This document shows, one piece after another, positions 48,155-55,620 of a stretch of 64,000 nucleotides of DNA. Origin of the DNA: Bacteroidales bacterium (lineage in GTDB: Bacteria > Bacteroidota > Bacteroidia > Bacteroidales > VadinHA17); contig JAVEZS010000003.1 of the NCBI GenBank assembly GCA_034002885.1, forward strand, positions 58,134 to 122,133. The letters are read 5' to 3'. The notes under the pieces were generated by a model. It made no database searches. It was not told where the DNA came from and saw only the letters and a program-made list of their open reading frames with translations. The translations under genes and the position numbers were made by a program. The first letter of the stretch is position 1, and each line of letters opens with the position of its first letter.

Positions 48155-50110
48155 TTAGATATTAGAAAATTTTGTATCAAGAATATCGATAATCCTCAGT
48201 ACTTCACCCACACTCCATGCCTGCGAAATAGTTCCGTTAGGGGCATGCGGCGGGTCTCCGTCGTAAATCTCTGATATTGTGCTCACCCCGTGTTCACTCA
48301 TCACCTCCTCCAGTCCGTAGATAAGTCTTTTTACCTTCTGCACGCCCTGCTGCCCGTATACTTTGAGCCACCCTTCGCAGAAAGGACCGTAAAGCCATGG
48401 CCAAACTGTTCCGTTATGATAGGCGTTATCCCTCTCTTCCTGGCTACCACCGTAGGTTCCCTTGTAGAGCGGGTGTCCGGGTGAGAGAGTCCTTAAACCC
48501 CGTGGTGTTACAAGCTCCTTGTCAGCAATTTCAAGGACACGCTGCATTTGTTCCTTTGAAAGCATGGAGTAAGGCAAAGAAACTGCGATGAGCATATTGG
48601 GTCTGACAAAATAGTTTTTTCCCTCCTCGTCATTTACATAGTCGGCAAGATAGCCTTTCTGGTGGTCGCAGAAGAGCTCGTGGAAAGAGCTGTTAATAAG
48701 TTCAGGGAGATCCTCATATTCTTTAATGAATTTCCTGTCTTTTACCTGTGCAGCCATGTCGAGAGCGAAGCATACGGCGTTGTACCATAGTGCGTTTATC
48801 TCGACAGCATATCCCTTTCTCTGGGTAACGGGAATCCCGTTTACAACAGCGTCCATCCAGGTAAGGGATTTTCCGGGTGCTGCGGCGTAGATAAGTCCGT
48901 TCTCCCTCATTCCAATGTTGAAGGATGTTCCCTTCCTAAAGGCGTCAAGCACCGACTTCATCGACTCCCCGTATCTTATCCAGGCATCTGTCCCGCCGTT
49001 GGCGAGATAATTCTGCACGGCCCAGAAGAACCACAAAGGTGCGTCGATAGAGTTGAAGGCAGGATTGTCCTCTGTTCCCATGTTGGGGAAAAGTCCGTTC
49101 TTCATTTTCGCCACCTGAGTGTCGAGCACTTCCCTGTAGAGTTTCAGTTTCCTGCTCGGGCGTGCCAGGGCAAGCCCAGGAAGGGCAATGAAGGTATCCC
49201 TTCCCCAGGAGCCGAACCACGGATATCCTGCTATAATCAAAGTTTTGCCATCCCTTTTTTCAATAAACTGCTGTGAAGCATTTTTGAGGCAGTTTATAAA
49301 CGAATTCCTTGGTATTTTACCGTTAACCGTTTTTGTGAACTTGGTTTTAAAACCGGATGGTTTCTCCTCTTTTGTTGAAGCTGAGAATACTATCTGATCG
49401 CCCTCTTTTGCTTCCACTTCAAAGAAACCCGGAGTAAAAAGATCCTCCGAATAATCATATCCTCTTTTCTGTTCCTCAGGATATTCCACTCCGAGGTACC
49501 AGTCGGGTACATGAACGAATTCGGCCTTTGTGCTGAACTGCATGTGAAGCGGTGGGAATCCTTCATATAGTTGTGAAATGATCCCGTTCTCAATAAAATC
49601 GACCTTGGTATTAGCTGCCAGGTTAGCATGCGTAAGTTCATGGATGTTCCTGAAAGCAAGATAGGGGCGTATCTGGAGTTTCATCGGTTCGGAAGCCTCA
49701 AGGATTGTAAAGCGGGCAAGGTACTGTTCCTCGTAGTGAACCAGAAGTCTTTCATGCTTTAGCTTTACTCCCCCAACCCTGTAGATCCTCGAAGGAATTG
49801 ACTCCATTTCGAGTTCTTCAATGTACTTGTGTCCTTTCGGACTGAAATAGTCGCCTTTGTACTTTCTGATACCGACATTGAAGCTCCTGTCGTTGTTGAC
49901 AACTGTTACATCAAGAGAAGAAAGCAGGACGTGCCTTTCGCCACCGAAAGCGTCGACCGGACATATCAGAAGTCCATGGTATTTTCTTGTATTGCATCCA
50001 ACGATTGTGGTGCAGGAGTATGAACCTGCCCTGTTCGTCCTTAACACTTCCCTTTTTAAGGAATACTCCAGATTTACTATCTGTCCCTTTTCAAACTTTA
50101 TGTAACTCAT
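48155..50110 (-). CDS. Glycogen debranching enzyme, amylo-alpha-1,6-glucosidase family (GH133-like)
   Basis: 651 aa. The N-terminal GDE_N-type block is TNRAGSYSCTTIVGCNTRKYHGLL. The C-terminal (alpha/alpha)6 block contains GYPWFGSWGRDTFIAL and HNGTVWPWL. Confidence 0.8.
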   Translation of the reverse strand: MSYIKFEKGQIVNLEYSLKREVLRTNRAGSYSCTTIVGCNTRKYHGLLICPVDAFGGERHVLLSSLDVTVVNNDRSFNVGIRKYKGDYFSPKGHKYIEELEMESIPSRIYRVGGVKLKHERLLVHYEEQYLARFTILEASEPMKLQIRPYLAFRNIHELTHANLAANTKVDFIENGIISQLYEGFPPLHMQFSTKAEFVHVPDWYLGVEYPEEQKRGYDYSEDLFTPGFFEVEAKEGDQIVFSASTKEEKPSGFKTKFTKTVNGKIPRNSFINCLKNASQQFIEKRDGKTLIIAGYPWFGSWGRDTFIALPGLALARPSRKLKLYREVLDTQVAKMKNGLFPNMGTEDNPAFNSIDAPLWFFWAVQNYLANGGTDAWIRYGESMKSVLDAFRKGTSFNIGMRENGLIYAAAPGKSLTWMDAVVNGIPVTQRKGYAVEINALWYNAVCFALDMAAQVKDRKFIKEYEDLPELINSSFHELFCDHQKGYLADYVNDEEGKNYFVRPNMLIAVSLPYSMLSKEQMQRVLEIADKELVTPRGLRTLSPGHPLYKGTYGGSQEERDNAYHNGTVWPWLYGPFCEGWLKVYGQQGVQKVKRLIYGLEEVMSEHGVSTISEIYDGDPPHAPNGTISQAWSVGEVLRIIDILDTKFSNI

Positions 50111-50290
50111 ATGCTATTGTTTTCTTTAAAACGGGAATTAAAAACATTTCAATATAATTGTTTTTATTAAACCTTGCAAGTGAATGAGACGCCGTAAGAA
50201 AGAAAGTTAACGGAAAACTGATCAATCATTGCCGGGCGTTGTGACCCTTGTATAAAATCGCCGACCGGCATTGCCAGACCAAAAAAAGAA

Positions 50291-50298
50291 TAACTTTG
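50291..50298 (+). promoter_or_regulatory. Bacteroidota -7 promoter box (TAACTTTG) upstream of the TlpA-like pair
   Basis: Exact TAnnTTTG match 42 nt upstream of the ATG at 50340. Confidence 0.4.
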
Positions 50299-50339
50299 CA
50301 TCTCGATAATTGACTTATTTAAAAAGTATTTTTGTTTCA

Positions 50340-51503
50340 ATGATCAGAAAACTAATAATATGCCTGATTTGTTCAGTGCTGTTGTCAGCCTGCGGTAAAA
50401 AGAAAGTGGAAATAACCGGTATTCTTGAACAGCCACGACCCGGAGTGTTTCTGTTTCTACAGGAACTTTCGGACAATGATCTTACAACTGTCGACTCGCT
50501 GTTGATCCCTGAGGACGGCAGTTTTGAGTTCAGAACGAAGGTTAAATCCCCGTCTTTCTATCTGCTCAAAATTAATCAAAATAACTTTCTGACAATGCTT
50601 ATTGAGCCGGGAGAGAAAATAAAATTGACTTCTCACTTTGATTCGCTCAATTATCCTTTACTTGTGACCGGTTCTGAGGGGACGGAAATATTGTCGCGGT
50701 ACAACAGGGTTGTACTGGGTACTATTCATAAGCTGAGGCATATCAGTGAGACTCACGACAGAAATCTCGGCCGGCCTGATTTTGCATCTCTTGTCGACTC
50801 TCTGGAAAATGCCGGCAACGACCATCTTTCAGAACTTAACAGCTTCACAAAGAGATATATCGACGACAATATCAACTCACTTGCCACAATTGTAATACTG
50901 AATTCCCAGATCTCGCCGGGAACAGGAATTATAAACCCGGAGTATGATCTTGATTATTTCTCCAGAGTTGATTCGTCACTTTTTAGTAAATATCCTGAAA
51001 ACGGACTTGTCATTTCCCTGCATAACCTGGTAAAGGATATGAAAGCGGTACATGATAACAAGCGTCTCAGTTCACTGGAAGGCGAAGCTGGTGCTATTGC
51101 CCCCGACATTGCACTGCCAACACCCGAAGGCGACACCATTCGTCTCTCCTCCACGCGGGGGAAATATGTCCTTCTCGATTTCTGGGCAGCGTGGTGTCCA
51201 CCGTGCCGGAGAGAAAATCCCGGCCTGGTAAGGGCTTACAATGCATATCACGACAGGGGTTTTGAGATCTATCAGGTCTCGCTCGACAAGACCAGGGAAG
51301 CCTGGGTAAAGGGCATAGCCGACGACCGCCTTGAAAAATGGATCCATGTCAGCGACATTAAATACTGGAATTCGGTTGTTGTTCCTCTCTACGGCATTGA
51401 ATCGATACCTGCCAGCTACCTGCTCGATCCGGAAGGCCGAATCATCGCAACCAACCTCAGGGGCGATGCCCTTCAGAGAAAGCTGGCCGAATTGTTTGAC
51501 TGA
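50340..51503 (+). CDS. TlpA/ResA-like thiol-disulfide oxidoreductase lipoprotein (DUF4369-like N-domain + thioredoxin fold)
   Basis: Track ORF trimmed to Met11 (MIRKLIICLICSVLLSAC lipobox). The intact WCPPC active site lies at 51192-51206. Confidence 0.75.
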   Translation: MIRKLIICLICSVLLSACGKKKVEITGILEQPRPGVFLFLQELSDNDLTTVDSLLIPEDGSFEFRTKVKSPSFYLLKINQNNFLTMLIEPGEKIKLTSHFDSLNYPLLVTGSEGTEILSRYNRVVLGTIHKLRHISETHDRNLGRPDFASLVDSLENAGNDHLSELNSFTKRYIDDNINSLATIVILNSQISPGTGIINPEYDLDYFSRVDSSLFSKYPENGLVISLHNLVKDMKAVHDNKRLSSLEGEAGAIAPDIALPTPEGDTIRLSSTRGKYVLLDFWAAWCPPCRRENPGLVRAYNAYHDRGFEIYQVSLDKTREAWVKGIADDRLEKWIHVSDIKYWNSVVVPLYGIESIPASYLLDPEGRIIATNLRGDALQRKLAELFD

Positions 51504-51546
51504 TGTGAAACTGCCAACCGGAAAATTCTAATCTACCATATCAAAG

Positions 51547-52707
51547 ATGAAAAAATCAATAATTCTTCTGCTTCCCCTGATAATAATAGCCGGATGCCGG
51601 AATACAGAATCGTTTACAATAAAAGGCGTTATTGACAATGCTGACAACAAGACTCTTTATCTGCGAAAGGTTGATGTCAACACTCTTGTTATGATTGATT
51701 CGTCGAAAACAGGCAGTGGCGGAGAATTCAGATTCAAAGTAAAGGCAACGGCTCCTGATTTTTACCAGCTCGGGTATTCCGAGACTTCTTTTCTCACTCT
51801 TCTGGCTGAACCTGGTGAAAAAATCGGGATGAAGATTAACGGAGCCAATCTTTCAGGCGACTACACCATTACGGGATCGGAAGGTTCAGAAAAGGTAAGG
51901 ATGCTTGATCTCAGGCTGGCAAGGACAAAAAGCAGGCTTGATTCTCTGCGAACACTGTATGAAGCAGCTTCTGCAGAGCCGGATTTCGAAGAGAAAGGAG
52001 CTCTTCTTGAACAGGAATTCAACAACACTGTATCCGACATACGAAAAAAAACTATCGAGTTCATTATAGGCAACACTACCTCCCTTGCATCACTGAAGGC
52101 CCTGTACCAGAGAATAGATGATAATGCCTATGTACTTTATGATCCCCGCGACCTCCAGTACATGAAGATAGTTTCCGATTCGCTGGGCAAGTATTATCCC
52201 AGGTCAAGGAATGTTATTGCCCTTTCTGAAGATGTGAAAAGGGAGATGGGCGAATTCAATACAAGGCAGCTTCAGAATATGGCTAATAATTCCCCGGAGA
52301 TAAGGCTCGATCCGGAGCTTACCGACATAAACGGGAAAAGGATCGCCCTTTCTTCACTCAGGGGCAAGGTTGTTCTCCTTACCTTCTGGAGTGTCGATTC
52401 GCCTGAGTGCATAGCCGAGAACCTTCAACTGAAAGAGTTCTATAAAACTTACAACAGGAAAGGCTTCGAGATTTACCAGATAAATCTTGACGAGGATGAG
52501 GAAAAATGGAAAAGACAGGTCAGATTTGACGAGCTGCCGTGGATAAGCACAAGGGAAGACGATCCTTCCAATCCGAAAAATGCAATCCTCTATAACGTAA
52601 AGGCCTTGCCTGCCAGTTATCTCTATGGCAGGGATGGCACCATCATCGGAACTGATCTTCACGGAAGGTCGCTTCAGATCAAACTCAATCAGCTCTTTAA
52701 CAATTAA
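51547..52707 (+). CDS. TlpA-like thioredoxin-fold lipoprotein paralog with degenerate active site (SPEC instead of CxxC)
   Basis: 386 aa with lipobox IIAGC. It has the same two-domain layout as the upstream gene. The active-site position reads FWSVDSPEC (52399-52410), so the first Cys is lost. Confidence 0.7.
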   Translation: MKKSIILLLPLIIIAGCRNTESFTIKGVIDNADNKTLYLRKVDVNTLVMIDSSKTGSGGEFRFKVKATAPDFYQLGYSETSFLTLLAEPGEKIGMKINGANLSGDYTITGSEGSEKVRMLDLRLARTKSRLDSLRTLYEAASAEPDFEEKGALLEQEFNNTVSDIRKKTIEFIIGNTTSLASLKALYQRIDDNAYVLYDPRDLQYMKIVSDSLGKYYPRSRNVIALSEDVKREMGEFNTRQLQNMANNSPEIRLDPELTDINGKRIALSSLRGKVVLLTFWSVDSPECIAENLQLKEFYKTYNRKGFEIYQINLDEDEEKWKRQVRFDELPWISTREDDPSNPKNAILYNVKALPASYLYGRDGTIIGTDLHGRSLQIKLNQLFNN

Positions 52708-52713
52708 GCTTCT

Positions 52714-53460
52714 GTGGTGAAGGAAAAAGGTAAAATATTTTTTGCATCCGACTTTCATCTGGGTTTAAAGGCCGGGAGTGATCCGGCTGAAAGGGAAAGA
52801 AAGGCTGTGCAATGGCTGAATACCGTTGCTCCGGAAGCAAGGGCTATTTTTCTTCTGGGAGATATCTTCGACTTCTGGTGGGAGTATAAGCTTGTTGTCC
52901 CCAGAGGTTTTACAAGATTCCTGGGGACGGTATCATCAATCACCGATTCAGGAATACCTGTCCATTTCTTCACGGGGAACCACGATATGTGGATCACCGA
53001 TTATCTTCCGGGGGAGTGTGGGATCATAGTCCATTCTGCTCCGGAGACCTTCGACTTTGACGGCAGAAAATTTCATCTCGCACATGGTGAAGGTCTCGGA
53101 TCGGAGAGCAGGCTTTACAGGACATTGCTGGCAATCTTCAGGAACAGACCCCTCAGGTTTCTTTACTCAATTATTCATCCGCGCATCGGTATTGCAATTG
53201 GTCATGCATGGTCGCTGAATTCAAGACTGGGTAAAGGGGAAAAGCTGGAATTTCTTGGTGAGGAGAAGGAAGACCTTATAAGGTATTCAAAAGAAGTAAT
53301 GAACGAAAGCAAGATCGATTTCTTCATTTACGGCCACCGTCATCTGGCCATGAAATACGCTCTCAACGGAGGTTCGGAAATATTGTTCCTCGGAGACTGG
53401 ATAAGCAGGGGAAGCTACGCCGTGTGGGATGGAAGCTTACTTGATCTTATGGAATTCTGA
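52714..53460 (+). CDS. lpxH: UDP-2,3-diacylglucosamine diphosphatase (LpxH-type metallophosphoesterase)
   Basis: 248 aa with a GTG start. Calcineurin-like motifs are SDFHLG, GDIFDFWWEY, GNHDMW and GHRH. Confidence 0.7.
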   Translation: MVKEKGKIFFASDFHLGLKAGSDPAERERKAVQWLNTVAPEARAIFLLGDIFDFWWEYKLVVPRGFTRFLGTVSSITDSGIPVHFFTGNHDMWITDYLPGECGIIVHSAPETFDFDGRKFHLAHGEGLGSESRLYRTLLAIFRNRPLRFLYSIIHPRIGIAIGHAWSLNSRLGKGEKLEFLGEEKEDLIRYSKEVMNESKIDFFIYGHRHLAMKYALNGGSEILFLGDWISRGSYAVWDGSLLDLMEF

Positions 53461-53464
53461 GGGG

Positions 53465-54580
53465 TCAGCCCTCTTCCTTGTCGACCCTTACGGTCATGGT
53501 AAAATACGTGTACAGCTCATTCACCAGCCGGAAATCGTACTGAAGCCTGCTTCCCGATTTCAGGGCAATATTTATAAGTCCCATGTTACCTGTGCTGTCA
53601 TTTTCTATACTCTGTCGCGACAGTGATGAGTAGAAGAGTTTTTTAAGGTCCTCCCTTACTGAATTGTTGACAGAATCGAGGATACTTTTTAGGACCCCGA
53701 CGTTATTGTTATTCATAAGGTTACCAGTCGTAAGTATCACCGCGCCCTCATCGATCCTGACAATGGCAGCCGGCATCCCGTATTCCTTCTCAGCTTCGCG
53801 CCCGGGATTGTATTTTGACATGTTCTCAAGGGTCTCTACCATAATGTTGAAAACCCTTCGCCTGAACCTGCTTCCCATATCTTCTTCAGTAAGCCTCGAT
53901 TCGGTTATGGAGAGGACTTCCTCCCCTATACCCGGTGTAAGGTGACCCGACCAGATCATGTAGATCCTGTTTTCGGCCATTACATTTTCGAGGTCCATTA
54001 CAGAAGCCGTGTTGAAAACTGTTTCCCTGTTACCGTTATAGATTCCTGTTCCCGTTGAATCAACAGTTTTACCGATAACAAAATAGGAATAATCATTTTC
54101 AACCGGTTCAAAACCATATTCAAGCTTATTACCTGTTTTAGCGGCCATCTCTATAAGCCCCAGGCCGGCCCCTCCCTTTTCACTGAATTCCGAGGTTCTG
54201 AGGATCTGCTTGTACAGAGCCTTAATCCCTTCTGCATCAAGACTTGTAACCTTTCTAAGCTTTCTGTCGAGCGAATCAACCTGGGCTGCTGCAATCAGGT
54301 TTCCTGTCACTATCCTGTAACCGTCATCGGTTTTGGAATAGGTAACCAGCGACATGTGACCATCTTTTTTATGTTCACCGTGTTTTACGATGTTCTGGAG
54401 ATTTTCAAGGACATACATGAACAGACGTTTTCTTCCGGTAAAACTGAAGGCGTCCTCCTTCATTTCATTCTCAAGAAGGGTAAGCAACGACAGTGAGTTT
54501 TTGTCGTTAACATCACCCCTGAATGCAAACAGTAGCCCTCTCTGAGCTACTTTGTCCTGAACCCTCTTAATTATATCCAT
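53465..54580 (-). CDS. Tandem-duplicated SiaB/RsbW-like (GHKL ATPase-type) protein, second copy degenerate
   Basis: 371 aa. Residues ~15-173 and ~205-366 align with a constant offset of 193. Repeat 1 has an N-box E59-x3-N63-x3-H67 and a glycine lid GGAGLGL (136-142). Repeat 2 has E249-x3-N253-x3-Y257 and STGNMGL (329-335). Confidence 0.4.
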   Translation of the reverse strand: MDIIKRVQDKVAQRGLLFAFRGDVNDKNSLSLLTLLENEMKEDAFSFTGRKRLFMYVLENLQNIVKHGEHKKDGHMSLVTYSKTDDGYRIVTGNLIAAAQVDSLDRKLRKVTSLDAEGIKALYKQILRTSEFSEKGGAGLGLIEMAAKTGNKLEYGFEPVENDYSYFVIGKTVDSTGTGIYNGNRETVFNTASVMDLENVMAENRIYMIWSGHLTPGIGEEVLSITESRLTEEDMGSRFRRRVFNIMVETLENMSKYNPGREAEKEYGMPAAIVRIDEGAVILTTGNLMNNNNVGVLKSILDSVNNSVREDLKKLFYSSLSRQSIENDSTGNMGLINIALKSGSRLQYDFRLVNELYTYFTMTVRVDKEEG

Positions 54581-54683
54581 GCAATAAAACCAGAAAAATG
54601 GTATGCCTTTGTAATCATTGCTAAATAAACGTCATACTTTTTAGTTTATTGCCTACATTAGAATGCCGTAAATCAGATTTGCA

Positions 54684-54695
54684 ATTGTATACAAT
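54684..54695. promoter_or_regulatory. Perfect 12-bp palindrome ATTGTATACAAT upstream of the glycyl-radical operon (candidate operator)
   Basis: It sits 28 nt upstream of the activase ATG (54723), in the 142-bp divergent intergenic region. Confidence 0.3.
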
Positions 54696-54722
54696 GATCA
54701 TTATTTTCAGCTTTTTAAAGGT

Positions 54723-55619
54723 ATGCTGACAGTTTTTAACATACAGAGATATTCTCTTCACGACGGGAAGGGAGTAAGGACAAATATTTTTTTCAAGGGA
54801 TGTCCCCTTCACTGCCAGTGGTGCAATAATCCGGAGAGCATTGACCCTTTCCCCTCCCTGATGTTCGATGAAAGGGCCTGTCATTCCTTCGGGGACTGCA
54901 TTTCCTCCGGCGAAGGATACATCTACGTAAGCGATGGGAAACTCCTTATCGACAGGGATAATATTGTCAGTTATGAAAAGCTAAGGGATATCTGCCCGTC
55001 GAAGGCTCTTGTTATAGCAGGAAAGGCCATGAGCACAGAGGAGATAATGGCAGAAATTGAAAAGGATATTCCCTTTTACGAAATGAGTGGCGGAGGAGTC
55101 ACGATTACCGGAGGCGAGCCCTTTGCACAGGACCCGGAACTTAAGGGCCTTCTCAGGCTGATCAGGGAAAGGGGTATTCATATTTCTGCTGAGACATCAC
55201 TGAATATACCATGGGAGGTTATTGAAAGCTACACGGAGCTGGTTGACGTGTTCCTTGCTGATCTTAAACATACCGATCCTGTAAAACTCTCCGCCTTCAC
55301 AGGAGGAGATGCTGAGCTCGTGTCAGCGAACTTCAGGAAGCTCGACGCAATGGGTTGCTGTATAGTGGTGAGGGTTCCTGTAATTCCTGATTTTAATTTC
55401 TCGGTAACGGAGATGCAGGGAATAATAGATTTTGCTTCGGGACTGGCGAATGTATCGGAAATAAATTTCATCCCCTTTCACTCACTCGCAAGGGAGAAGT
55501 ACCTTATGCTGGACAAGCCATATATTTTCGAGAATCAAAAAGATATTGACAAAAAAGATCTCCTGCCTTTTGTTCAGTATGCTGAACAAAAAGGACTGAA
55601 AGCCAAAATACTTAACTGA
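54723..55619 (+). CDS. Glycyl-radical enzyme activating protein (radical SAM)
   Basis: 298 aa. The radical-SAM cluster motif is C27-x3-C31-x2-C34 (GCPLHCQWC). GGGVTITGGEP is the SAM-binding motif. The ferredoxin-like insert (res 40-100) keeps only 3 Cys. Confidence 0.9.
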   Translation: MLTVFNIQRYSLHDGKGVRTNIFFKGCPLHCQWCNNPESIDPFPSLMFDERACHSFGDCISSGEGYIYVSDGKLLIDRDNIVSYEKLRDICPSKALVIAGKAMSTEEIMAEIEKDIPFYEMSGGGVTITGGEPFAQDPELKGLLRLIRERGIHISAETSLNIPWEVIESYTELVDVFLADLKHTDPVKLSAFTGGDAELVSANFRKLDAMGCCIVVRVPVIPDFNFSVTEMQGIIDFASGLANVSEINFIPFHSLAREKYLMLDKPYIFENQKDIDKKDLLPFVQYAEQKGLKAKILN

Positions 55620-55620
55620 C

